DNA from: Hydrolagus affinis
Taxonomy: Eukaryota
DNA: 64,000 nucleotides
Reading direction: 5' to 3'
Assembly: GCA_012026655.1 (NCBI GenBank)
Contig: JAAILG010000096.1
Coordinates: 1 to 64,000, forward strand
Of the stretch, positions 24,629 through 37,110 are shown piece after piece. The notes under the pieces are model-generated. The model saw only the letters and a list, made by a program, of their open reading frames with translations. It searched no databases and was not told the DNA's origin. Numbering within the stretch: the stretch's first letter is position 1; every line of letters starts with the position of its first letter. The translations under genes were made by a program, and so were the position numbers.

Positions 24629-24774
24629 GGAGGGGCTCTACTTGGTGGTGTGAATGCATTGCACACATCCTTTCCAGAAAACCCAACAGAGCAGTACAGA
24701 ATGCAGTGTGAGCTTCTGCTGGAAAGACTGGGTCTCCACAATCTTCTCCAGAAAGAACTAGAAAAGCTTGACAG
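24629..24774 (+). CDS. MCM9: MCM9 coding exon 11 ([23 protein letters not shown]...LEKLD)
   Basis: tttccag|GGA acceptor, CAG|gtaaaa donor; MCM9-specific sequence. Confidence 0.94.
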
Positions 24775-24899
24775 GTAAAATGGATACTCAGCTCCAGATT
24801 AAACTGAGGAAACAATACTATGGTTAACAATATGATTTCCTTTATTTTATTGCTTTAATCCTTCACTGAGATACAAAACATATTTGGAATGTTTAGTTG

Positions 24900-25170
24900 G
24901 GGAAGGAATAGAGGGGTAGACTTTGTAGTTTTAATTGTACTTTGAGACAGGAGAATGGAACTAAATGGATAGCCAAGAAATTCCCAAGTGTAAATGGTAT
25001 GCATATGTGGAGCTTAAATTGGTTAGGATACTCTTATGCATGGTGATGGGTGTCCACTTGCGTTAGACACCTGGCTGATCAAAACAACTGGGAGAGGCAT
25101 CACAAACTTGTTTGACCGAATGGCCTCCTTGTTGTAAATGCTGTAAATTTCAATGGTTCTAGTTCTATGT
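24900..25170 (+). mobile_element. Degraded CR1 3' end fragment(s)
   Basis: ...gaccgaatggcctccttg...aatttcaatggttcta, CR1-like tail. Confidence 0.5.
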
Positions 25171-25224
25171 ATAAATGAATGTTTTAGTTATCGTTGTAAA
25201 CTAGCTGTAATATTTTCTTTACAG

Positions 25225-26695
25225 AATTCATGGTGAAAAAGAACAGGGGTCAGCTTCTGAAGGGAGAAAGTTAAATGAGCAGACTGACCTGTTTCCTGAC
25301 AATTCCACTGATTGTTCAAAGAATGAGAGGAATCACAGTGATTTCCTGGACAACAATCAAAGCGAAAATGGTTTGAACTGGTTTATTGGTTTTCAAAGTG
25401 AATTTGAACCCAAAATAGGTGGCATTGTACAGATTGGCTCTCCTATACTAAAGGATTCTTTCCTACCTGTAGTGGCTGAACCAAGTGTCTGTCCAGAGAC
25501 AGCAATAAATGCAGAGGGTGTTGCAAAAAACCTAGATCCTTCCAACAGGACTTTAGAACCTGAAACCTGTTGTGGTCCAAGTCACATGAGCTCAACCGGT
25601 TCAACCATCAAGACCATGAGAATTGATCAAACAGTCTGCACTGAAGGACAGATAAATGATGGAGCTTGTGCTTCTTCAAACACATTGAGGCCTGTGATAG
25701 AAACCCATGGATCGAAACAGCTACACTCAAGAAGAGTTGCACAAAGTAAAATCTTGTTTGGAAACACCCCAAATTTGAAAGCAAGTCACCTGTCTGAAAG
25801 TAAGGAAACTAGTGCAATTAATGTGAATGACTTCTCATCCACACCAAATGGTGGCAGCTTAGACCAAGGTCCATTGCATAGTACACCTGCTGCAGCACCT
25901 CAGTGCGTACCCTTGCTTAGACCAAGTAATACAATGCACGAGGCTTGCTTGCCTCCCGCAGCCCCTGATGCCAATGAGAATTCTAATCTTCTACTGGCTA
26001 AATTAAAAGCATTTGAATTCAAACAAAAGCCCAAACTAAGTCATTCGGTTTCCGGCTCTTTGACACCTAGTATCAAAACTGCTGAACTTGGGGTACTGAA
26101 TGCTGAACTCTCCTGTGCTTCGCAGCCTCCTGTACAAAGCAGTGATGCTGGAGAAAAGCAGCAGAGAACATTTGCATGCCCCTCTAAAACTAGGTTTCCG
26201 CATAAGACACCAGGCAAAGATGTACATGTTGAAGTCAGTGGTGGAACTGAGCTGCCGTTAGAAGCTCCCCTTGCTGTGCCAAAGTGTTCTAATGCTGTAC
26301 AGGGGCATGTAGTGATGGATGCACTAAAACATCCAATCTGTACAAAACCAAATGTGGATCAACAAAACCCACAAAATTCAACTACTACAAATCAGGGAAA
26401 AGTATCCTCCAATATATTAGCGAAACTTAGCAAATTCTCCTTCAGGCCACCTCCTGAAAAGGGAATTGACAATGTGACTGGGAAAACTTGTGACGGTAAG
26501 AACGTGGTAGTTGGGAAACCTAATAATTTGCCTGCATCAACAACCAAGAAAAGGAAGACTTTTGGGTTTGCACAAACTCACAAAGTAGAATCCATTGCAA
26601 AGAAGTATCTTTTTACTACTGATGAGTTGGATGATGATGATGGTATGCTGGATTTTGACTGGAATGAGGAATCGAAGAAAAACCCCACATCATAA
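25225..26695 (+). CDS. MCM9: MCM9 terminal coding exon, long largely disordered C-terminal extension ending ...LDFDWNEESKKNPTS*
   Basis: tttacag|A acceptor, phase matches exon 11, in frame with ORF 25373..26695; KKRK basic motif and acidic-aromatic end. Confidence 0.93.
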
Positions 26696-28030
26696 TGGAT
26701 TTTGAGTAGTGCTTTTGAATAGTTATCCTTAATTTAATTGTAGTTGATGCATTGGATCCTACAATATTATGAGATTTTGAAGAATCAGAATAATGAAAGC
26801 AAAGTTTACAAATAAGAGAATAAGGGAAAGAGGAAAATAGTCTGAACCATAAAGAATCTCATTTGACCTGTGAAAAGACTATTGTATATGAAGCCAATGT
26901 TGTGTACCTAACAGTTGAGGCTAAAGAGGTAACATGTGTGTTGTAAATATAACAGGATATTTTTCGATCCTGGACATTAACACTTGTTATAAGAAAAGAA
27001 AGGAAGGACCATGCATTGGGATTGCACAACTCTCCACATCCAAGAGAATAGCAGGGGGGTATCAGCCGCCATCATCGAGACTGAAAACTGCAGGCTGTTG
27101 CTGAGGTCAACAAGGACCAAATCTGTTTTTTTGTGGGGTGGGTGGGGGTTGGTAGGGAGACGTTTGCTTGATATCACATGTTGGTCACATTGAATGTATT
27201 TCCACTTGTCATTGCTTCAGCTATGTTTGAATAGCTAATAAGGGAAAACAGGCTTTTTTTTGTTACATTTGATGACAGCACAGAATCCAGGGAAAATGCA
27301 TTTAAGGGAAACTTAAATCTAGCAGTGAATTGATTCCTTTCATTGACTATCATCTTCTATCTACTTATTGAGTTTCATCTTCTATCATCTTCTGTCTACT
27401 TGAAGAGCCAAACATGATTTTCTCCTGTTACTGATTCTTCTGGGTAGTACAATGACACTGAATTAAATTCAAGCAATAAAAAGGTAAGTGGATGGCATGA
27501 CTTGACCTTGCTGTGAAATCTGGGTCAATTAGACCCTGGTCTCCTACCCCCTCTCCATATGGTCACAGGTGGAATAATAACTATTAAAAGGCTTCCTGAA
27601 GGAACTAAGGTTGCAGTGACATAACTCACCTACATTTCTTGACAGGAGTTAAATTGTCAATTCGTGTTGCTTAATAGGCAAATCCAAACAAAGTGTGTAG
27701 ACAAACTATGGAAATTGATCAGCATAAATAAGTGATGAGATATGGTAGTCTTGTGGTATTAAGAATGCTTTTGCCTAAAGGATTTGGTTTTGCATATACA
27801 GTACTGGGTGATATGCACATTGTTTTTTTTTAACAGCACAATGTACAATATTGATGTGTGGAGTTTCTGTCTTATACTACAAGAAGAATTTATTGCAGAA
27901 TATAGTTATTATTGAAAGAGCTAATGTGCATTACACTATGCTATTGTAAATACCATAGTCTTTCCATCAGTCAGAATTATGATATTTTAATAAGATAATT
28001 TCTTATTAAATAGTTTTATTGTAAAATTAA
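26696..28030 (+). other. MCM9: Probable MCM9 3' UTR (end uncertain)
   Basis: Repeat-poor AT-rich sequence after the stop; AATAAA 27475-27480 and ATTAAA 28005-28010. Confidence 0.4.
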
Positions 28031-29727
28031 TGGTATGGAATTTGTTCAGTTTCTTGCTCTCTAATCTCTTGTCCCTCCCTGAGGGGGGCCTTGACTCCTT
28101 TTCCTGGTCTAGTCCTCACCTGACCCCACAAAAATGTATATTTTCCAGCAGGGCCTTTTAACAGTTTTTCAGCGGTGGGAACCCTTACTGATGTCCCCTG
28201 TCCTAAAATCAGTTGCAGACATCATTTATAATTACTAACCTGGCTGTGATTAACTAATTAATACATGCAAACCCTTAAACTGACATTCCATTAAACCAAC
28301 ACCTATTTGGCCTTTGGGGGAGCTATTGCAACATTTAAATAGAAGTTCAGAAATCATTTCTGAAGTAATTCTCCAGTGGTATACAACATGGGCAAAGCTT
28401 GTCAATGAACATATGATGAAACAGACATATAAGTTCTGACCAGCTACAAAACAAATATGCAAGCTAATATTGCCGATGTAAACTTCAGATAATTCTTACA
28501 GACATCAAATATCAGGATCTCTTATTTAAAACAATATATTAGATGTAACTGATTGTTTCCAATTCTGTTTTTCAAAATCGATTTGTTTTAAAGTGTGGTA
28601 TAATTGGATATAATTGGAATTATTAATTCCAATCAATTATTAAGGCTAATTATGAGTAGAATCATTCGGTTGTGTTCTTGAAACATTGAGGAGCCCCATA
28701 TAATAATTCTCGCATTTCATATAGGGCCTTTCACACAATGAGGATGTCTCAAAATACTTCACAGGATTAACTGTAAAGTCCAAGTACAGTGTACTGTAAC
28801 TATTGTGTACTGTAAGTCCTCTGTTATTATAGTAGGTGAACACAACATCCAATTTAGTGTTATTGTATTACTCGGGATACCAGCATCAGTGATTATTTTA
28901 GCAATTGAACAATACCTGAAGAAATTCATTTCAATTGAACAGCTCATAATCAAAATATATTCTACAATAAATTATTATCCCATAACTACTTGGATAATTG
29001 TAGTGAATTTGTTGTGGGCCTATTCTCCATTTGCTGAATTTTGTGTCTACAATTTATAAATGATTTTTTAAAACAGTTTAATTACAGTTCTTTGAAAACT
29101 GCAAGGAAACTAATTAGTTAAACAGACAGCACAGTATTAAACAGCCCAGAGTACTTGGACAAATTCACTGAAGCTAGGAACTAAAGCAGCTAACTTTCAA
29201 CCGCATGTTCAAAAGAAACACAATAAAGAGTGGGAAACACATGGTGAACATGCTTAATCAAATGACTTGAACTGAAGGGTTATTGTCCTGTCATAACAAA
29301 AACTTTGCTGGAGTTAGCAAACAGAACAAGGTATTCCCACTGAGATTTAGTTATTGAACTCAGTAGGGGAATATCATTCTATGGATATATTTCAGGATGT
29401 TAACAAGCCTGCTGCAGGAACTGATGTAGCCAGCTAATTCTGAATAGACTGCTTCTCAACAGTCATCTGTTTTTGATTTACTTCTTCTGGTGCATAGCAT
29501 AAATGAGGGATTAGAACAGTTATGGTTAACATAATTCTTGTCAGGCTTTCTGTTGTTTTAGTTTGAAGCAGAGAAGGAAACAGTTGTTGCCAAGCCTCTA
29601 GAACAACTAATCTCATAAGAGTTCATCAATACAACAACAAAATTACATTTATAAAGTGCCTTTCACGTCGGGAGGACGTCCCAATGTGCTGGAAATACAG
29701 ATATGTCTTTCGTATGTAAGATACTAC

Positions 29728-30024
29728 TACTAATAATATTAATCCTTGAATTTAATATAGCACTTTTCATGTCTTCTAGATGTCTCAATGCACTTCACAG
29801 AATATACTGTAAAGTGAATTGACTTCATATTTGTAGGAGAAACGCGGCAGCCAATTGTGCACAGCAGTATTCCACAAATAGGCGTGGATTGAGTGACCAA
29901 ATTATTATTGTTTTTTTTGAGGGATGATTATTAGGTGTTTGAAGTAAGGAAATTTGCCCAAGGATTCCCCCTGCCTGGAATTGAACCCGGGTCTCTCACT
30001 TGCAAGGTGAGTGCTCTAACCACT
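29728..30024 (-). mobile_element. Near full-length tRNA-derived SINE
   Basis: Consensus match. Confidence 0.9.
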
Positions 30025-30879
30025 AATGATCATGATCAGGCACTGATGTCCATTACATAGTCTCTGCTTACAGTTGGTGTACTCCTATTTTTGTTTCATT
30101 TCACAAAATGCACATAAAAGTAATGTGATCCTGATTTTGTGCGCTATGTAATGAAGTCTGATCAATCCAGAACCAGTGTATTTTTACTATGGGACAGATC
30201 GGCTTGAAATCTCAAATTCGTCACTATCTATAGATAAAGAATCCAGATTTTTTTAGATGCATTATAAAATAAATATATTTAGGTTTTCTAACAGCTCAGG
30301 GGTTACTTCTGATTCAGCACGTTGTGTTCAACCATACGTTGGGACTTGAGCTCACTGTCTTGGTTGAGAGTAACACAGCCTTGGGATGATAATCCTCCAT
30401 CTAAATGTCATTCATTTAATGTGTGACCTGGCCTCGCACAAATTGGGTTTCTGTTTGGCTACAAAAAAAAATTTAAATTGAAAATAATAACTGAAGCACT
30501 TCAAGACATTATGATGTATAAGGCTTGATAAAATACAAGCTCTTTCTAATAAAAGTCAATTTGATTTATCATGCCAACTTCAGGCTGGATGTAAAACCAA
30601 GTTAATAACCTCTCTTTGTTAATAACAAAGACACTACTATATTTATGGCTGACTTTTGGCTCTGTGAAGCTCTTTGTTGTATAAAAACAATAGATAGCCT
30701 TTTAACTTTCATATTTTTAGAAAGGATGACTAGCTATGACGTTAAGTGTAATGTGTACTAGATTTATCTAGTAAAATATTGTCATTGACATTGACAATGT
30801 ATGATTATTGTTCATTGCCTATGTTATTGCATCAATGTTTTATCTAGGCTCCTTTATGATTCACAGGAAACATGCAATA

Positions 30880-31243
30880 CAGTAGAACCTTCGTTATCCG
30901 GCACTCTCGGGACCTGCCCATTGCCGGTTAATCAAATATGCCGGATATTCGAGCTGCAAGTTGCCGAAAATCCTACACAAAAAATGAACTTATTTTAAAA
31001 CATACCATATTAATAACAGACTAAATAATAACAGAATATTGTATGGATACCAATAAAGCATTCCAGCATACTCGGTTAAATAATCGGTTAAAAAAGCATT
31101 CCAGTGTTCAGTAATAAGTGCATGCGCCACGCAAGCGCAAAGTGAGCATACCGCGAGTATCCCGGATCTCTCAATACAATTGGGAGATACTGGTTGGTTG
31201 AGTACGCTGGTTGGTTGGGTACCCGATAAACAAGGTTTTACTG
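30880..31243. mobile_element. Tigger/pogo-like MITE
   Basis: TIRs CAGTAGAACCTTCGTTATCCGGCAC / GTACCCGATAAACAAGGTTTTACTG; TA on the left, CA on the right. Confidence 0.75.
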
Positions 31244-31707
31244 CAACTGCATAAATAAGGACAGAACCATTGTAAAAATCATTGTGGTTATCAGATCATC
31301 TCTTGAATTCCAATGTACAATATGTATATACCTTGACCAAAAGTAGTCATACACCACCATAGCAGTCTTGATCATTGCTCTGCCATATTTTTCTTCATAT
31401 GATTCAATACTTAAATAACTACAGATTAAAGCTCCGCACATTCTCCCCCCCATTTAACAATCAGCTCATTCTTACAATTTTCATCGTGATTAGATTCATC
31501 GCAATCTAAACCTGTTAGTCAACCAACCTCATAACATAACAGCAGAGAAAATATTCATCAATAGAACGGTGGATGACTGATTTTCCTTGAGTAGATTTGT
31601 AGCCACACTAGCTAGCACAAGAGAGTGACAATACTGTAGTGTGGCACAAGTGGCAGGCAAAAGCAATCGGGGAAGCTGGAATAGACTGTGTTGCAGCTAA
31701 ACAAATA

Positions 31708-32014
31708 TAATAATAATCCTTGCATTTGATATAGCACTTTTCACATCTTATCAATGTCTCAAAGCGCTTCACAGAATATACTGTAAAGTGAATTGACTCT
31801 ATATTTGTGGGCGAAAAGCAGCAGCCAATTGCACACAGCAGTGTCCCACAAACACTCATGGATTGAAATGACCAATTTTATTATTGTGGTTTTTTGGGGG
31901 ACAGATTATTATTAGGCATGTGGAGAAAGGAAAGTTGCCCAAGGTTTCGCTGCCTGGATTCGAACACAGGTCTCACGCTTGTAAGGCGAGTGCTCTAACC
32001 ACTGAGCTACAGGA
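31708..32014 (-). mobile_element. Full-length tRNA-derived SINE
   Basis: Consensus match. Confidence 0.9.
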
Positions 32015-32634
32015 TCTGTTGCGCATTATTCCTGGAGCCAGTTTTCAGGATAGATTGAAAATAAATGTTGATAATTTAAGAATTTTTAGGTGTCGGAAGA
32101 TTGTCTCACATGCAGAAACCCATTAAGATTATCCAAACCAAGCTGAGAGTTCCACATATTTGTGCCATCGACCTATGGCAATGTCCTTTTCTCAGGAATG
32201 GAATGCGTACAGTCTTCCTGGTGCCACACACCCTAATTCGCTAATTCCAGAGTGCAGAGGTTGCAGTATTGCAGAGTTGAGTGGGAACAATCCCTGCTTG
32301 CAGTGACCAATGAGCCCAGCTGGCTGGTCTGTCACCAGCAGTGCCCTGGAGTCCTTTGGACCTGCCTGGGACCAGACAAAGACCACCACAGAGAGTTCAC
32401 TTAATTATAATATTTTGTTACCATGCATGTTACTTTCGAGTCAGCTCAACTCCAAGGATAATGCGCTTACCTCTCCAAGAATAACCAACAAGCGCATATT
32501 TGAGCCTTCACTGGGTCGGTGGCAGATACCAGAAACTCTGTTTGATTCTGATGATCTGTTTCCAAGATAAGATAAGATTCTGTAGCCAAGATTTAAGATA
32601 AATAAACGATTACATTTAGGAATACATGACCAGA

Positions 32635-32840
32635 AGGCAGCCCCTCCCCATCCAGCTTCTGGTCACTCAGCTCCCTCTCCTCTCCAAACAATTAATCAGT
32701 CTCTCTCCTCATGCTCTATCCCACTTCCCCTCAAAACCACTGTCATCATTCCTTTTCTTAAAAAACCTACCCTCAATTCCTCCCAACCTCACAAACCTCA
32801 TATTCATCTCTAACCTGCCCATTCTGGCCAGTTTTGCAAT
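32635..32840 (+). mobile_element. L2 ORF2 internal fragment
   Basis: Degenerate KTTVIIPFLKKPTL...ISNLPILA, just N-terminal of RT. Confidence 0.65.
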
Positions 32841-32874
32841 GTGTCATTGTGACTTTGCTCACCTCTCCCTCCAC

Positions 32875-33186
32875 TCTCAGTGGTTAGAACGCTCGCCTTA
32901 CATGTGTGAGACCTGTGTTTGAATCCAGGCAGGTCAGAGTGAAACCTTGGGCAAGTTTCCTTACTCCACACGCCTAATAATAATCCCCCCCCAAAAAAAC
33001 TCACAATAATAAAATTGGTCATTTCAATCCATGACTGCTTGTGGGACACTGCTGTGCGCAATTGGCTGTCACTTTTCTCCCACAAATATACAGTCAATTC
33101 ACTTTACAGTATATTCTGTGAAGCGCTTTGAGACGTCGATAAGGTGAAAAGCGCTATATCAAATGCAAGGATTATTATTATTATTA
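32875..33186 (+). mobile_element. Near full-length tRNA-derived SINE
   Basis: Consensus match. Confidence 0.9.
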
Positions 33187-34124
33187 CTGTATTATTATTA
33201 TTGCCTCACAGTGTACCTCACAGTACCTTGAACTTTAATATGAAGGTGTCTGCCTGCCTCAGTTTGTAGCACCCTCACCTAGGTCAGAAGGTTGTGGGTC
33301 CAAGCCTCTCATCTCCGGGCTTTGAACTCAGTATAGGCTGACGCTCAAAATACAATGCTGGAGGAAAACTCCATTGAGGGTGATGCTGATCTATTATGCC
33401 GAGACATGAAACCATGCTCTATCTATCTGCCTGTTTAGGTTGAAATACTATGTGTGCGTTGTGCAACATTTGTACTAACATAATGGCCCCATTGAAAGCT
33501 GGTAGCATGTTAACATATTCTTGTTTTCTATCATGTGTTAAATCATCATGTGATTTAAGTTACTGAAAACAACTATAATTCCTGAACAGACTTCAGAATT
33601 GGAATTTCATGCATGGGATTAGTCAAGTTTGAGCTTAGTTGAACTTTTCACTTCAGTAGCACAGCAATGTTGATATTTGTGGATGAATGAATTGCCAGAT
33701 GGTAATCAACTTATTTTTATTTTGGATGCTGTTTTCTACAATTTTTACTTCAGGCATTAGATACACATATTTCTTTAATACCGCTGAAACAATTGTGCGT
33801 ATTGTTGTCTTGAGATTTGTTGGCTCCTGCTGACGATGGAGTTGGGAAGAATTCATGAAAGAGAAAATTATCCCTGCAAGAGTACAACAGGAAAATTGGC
33901 TGAGCCCAAATGAAACAATAAATAATACAAGGTAACTTTTGTGGTAGTTTTAGAACATTCCTTATGTTATTTAACAAGTGTTTGATATCAGGTGGTACAC
34001 CAGTCAACCAGATAAATTAAATGAACATTTTCCAGCTCATCCAACCCCTTTTCTAAAAGTACTCCAAGATGCTATCTTGTATGATCACTGATCCCAGACG
34101 TTGACAATTGTAATATTTCTAAAT

Positions 34125-35400
34125 GGAATCCTCTGGTGATGGGAAGCCAGTGGAGTCGGGCAAGAATGGGGATGATAGGGTCGCAGAGCCTGGTGTGGGA
34201 GGGGACACGGGCTGCAGAAGTTGGTAGGGATAAGGAGGTCACAAAGGTAGGGTGGGGCAAGGCCATGGAGGGCTTTAAAGATGAGGACCAGGACCGTTCA
34301 TTGAATCTTTTGGGTGATGGGGAGCCAATGGTCATGCTAGAAAGGGGGGAGATGGGGTCATGGAGCTTGGTGCGGTAGCGGACAGGGGCTGCAGAGTTCT
34401 GGATGATCTGCAGACTATGGAGGGAGGAGTTGGGGAGGCCAACAAGCAGGGCATTGGCATACCTGAGTCTGGACATGACGAAGGCATGAATGAGAGTTTC
34501 AGCATCCTGAGGGGTGAGGTAGTGCCAGAGTCAGGCAATATTGCGGTAGTGATGGAAGGCAGAGTGGGTCATGGCTTGGATGTGGGGGAGGAAAGACAGT
34601 TGAGGATCAAACAAGAGACCTAGGTTCCTGACTGTCTTGGTGAGGTTGATACTGCCTGCCTGAGGTGTGAAAGCATTGGCGTGAACCAATCAGAGGGCCT
34701 CGCTCTTGTTGACATTGAACTGTAGAAAGTTAGCTCTCATCTAGGACTTGATGTCTCACAGGCAGTCCGTCAGGATAGCAGTGGTCTTGGAGTCGAGGGT
34801 AGAGGCAAAAAAATATTGGGTGTCATCCGCATACATATGGAAGTTGACCCCATGTCTGCGGATGATGTCACCAAGTGGGAGTATGCAGATATTGAAAAGT
34901 AGGGGGCCAAGGACAGAGCACTGGGGGAATGCCACAGCTGACTGCGGAGGCTGGAGGAAAAGCCATTGGTGGCGAAAAAGTAGAGACGGTGAGAGAGGTA
35001 AGAATTGAACCAGGCAAGGGCAAGATCGTAAAGATTAAACAGGGAGGAGAGGCGGTATAGGAGGATGTAGTGGTCGATGGTGTCAAAGGCAGCAGAGAGG
35101 TCAAGGGATGACTTTGGGGGACAATAGACAAGGGGGATTTTGAGGGAGAGACTGGAGGGGTGGTAGAGAGTAAGATGCTCAAAAGAAGAGAAGGTTCCAG
35201 AGGAGTAAAGGGAACCGGGAGATGAGAGCCACACTGCCACCATGGCGGTTAGGCCATGGGGATTTGTGAAATGTGTAGCTTGAACAGGGTTAAGGTGTCA
35301 CCTAGGGTAAATCACGTTTTGGTGGGAGCGAGGATGTCGATGTTTTCATTGATAGTGAGGTTGTGGATTGTGAGTGACTTATTGGAGAGAGCATGGACAT
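34125..35400 (-). mobile_element. Internally deleted, degenerate L2 ORF2 (endonuclease, RT and C-terminal pieces)
   Basis: SFEHL..VYCPPK (EN), LDLSAAFDTIDH, HMYADDT (RT), LHWLPI; frameshifts and stops. Confidence 0.88.
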
Positions 35401-35492
35401 TTTGACTTATTGGAGAGAGAGAGAGAACATTTTGCAGACCTAGAAAAATGTATCAAAATTCAATGAAGGATTTCGAGACAGGCAGATTGGTA

Positions 35493-35770
35493 AACAACAA
35501 CGGCTTTCATTGATATAGCGCCCTCCATGTCAGTTGGCGTCTCAGAGCGCTTCACAATAGCATAGCCCTAGGCCAAGCCAGTGGGAGGAGGAGGTGACCA
35601 TAGGTGCAGTCGAACAGAAAGGTCTTCAGGTGGGTCCTGAAAATGGAAAAGGAGGGGGTGAGTCATGGAAATTGAGGGAGGGAGTTTCAGAGTTTTGGGG
35701 CATAGTGACTGAAAGCACGGCCACCGATGGTGGAGTGGAAGGTTCAAAGGACAAGGAGGAGGCCAGACCT
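35493..35770 (-). mobile_element. L2 3' end (second family)
   Basis: Similar to 21232-21430 and 44999-45255. Confidence 0.75.
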
Positions 35771-36155
35771 CGTAGAGAAAGTAGAAAAATAGTCTGCTTT
35801 AGAATTCCTTTGGAGGTTGTTCTTTAAATCTTGACCTTTGCATTCCTCATTCTCTCTGGATTGTGATCTGGAGAGAATTTGTACCTTTGTTTTCTCATTT
35901 CAGCCGTGCAATACTATTGTTAAAGCTCTTGGAAGCTTATCAATCTGACTGTTAATATTTTAGTTCATATAAGAATTGGGGTGAAATTAGTGACCCAGAC
36001 CACATTATTTAAGGAATAACTTCCAAGAATGAGAAATTCCAAAGTGGACTAATCTGCCTTTCCTGATATCCTAAACACATTCAATGTGACAGGTATGATA
36101 AATGTTGAAAGAGACAAATATTACATCATACATTTTCCATTAAATACTGTATTAC

Positions 36156-36457
36156 GTGGAGTCCTGTGCTCAATGGTTAGAGCACTCGCCTTACAAGCAT
36201 GAGACCGGTGTTCGATTCCAGACATGGCACAACATTGGGCAAGATTCCTTACTCCACATGCCTAATAATAATCCATCCAAAAAATGGTAAATTTGTCATT
36301 TCAATCCACGACTGTTTGTGGGACAACACTGTGCGCAATTGGCTGCTGCGTTTCACCCACAAATATACAACCAATTCACTTTACAGTATATTCTGTAAAG
36401 CGCTTTGAGATGTCTAGAAGATTTGAAAAGTGCTATATCAAATGCAAAGATTATTAT
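36156..36457 (+). mobile_element. Full-length tRNA-derived SINE
   Basis: Consensus match. Confidence 0.9.
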
Positions 36458-36851
36458 TTTTATTGTACAGATGATGAAATATTGCTAATGTTTTTTTAAA
36501 AGCAGACAAACAATAAGCCATCATTAATTTAGCTTACAAAATATTTTCTCTGAGTGGAAAGCAGTTAAAAGTAATGATTAAGAATGCTCCAAATTCTGTG
36601 AGGTCTTCATTTTTAAAACAACATGATCTTACAGCCTAAGATTAGTTGGAATTTAGAGCTCCGGCAGAAAGAAAGAAAATCTACACTGCTACATGGCACA
36701 CGTGAAAAGAACAAATTATTCCAGGGAAGCAATTGCCTCAAAGGCACAAGTGATTTCCTCAGTTTGTTGTCCAAAAAGAATAACGTAATTTGAAGAATTC
36801 AACATACCTCAACTGAGATATTGTAGGCTAATTCTATCCCTGATCGTTCAA

Positions 36852-37110
36852 GATAATAATAATACAGTACTTGCATTAGATTTAGCATCTTATGTTTTTG
36901 AGATATGTCTAAACGCTTCACAGAATATATTGTAAAGTGAATTGACTTTTTTTGTGGATGAAATCCATTTGTAATTGTGATACTCTTGGAAATTTCACTC
37001 ACAAAATAGAGTCAATTCACTTTACAATGTATTTTGTGAAGTGCTTTGTGATGTCTCAATGATGTAATAAAGCAATATATCAAATGCAAGAATTATTATT
37101 GTATATTATT
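36852..37110. repeat. Two SINE tails in inverted orientation (fold-back)
   Basis: Minus tail 36852-36967 and plus tail 36989-37110. Confidence 0.8.

Noticed and set aside
32160-32570. Exon-like segments with splice-like sites on both strands
   Set aside because: No recognisable protein and no partner exons; cannot be supported without RNA data.
34770-35243. 157-aa ORF as a host gene or active reverse transcriptase
   Set aside because: Frameshifted, internally deleted L2 ORF2 remnant.
36199-36499. Recurring small ORFs (CGTLLCAIGC..., YSVKRFE..., CKDYYY) as a gene family
   Set aside because: Incidental translations of the SINE consensus.
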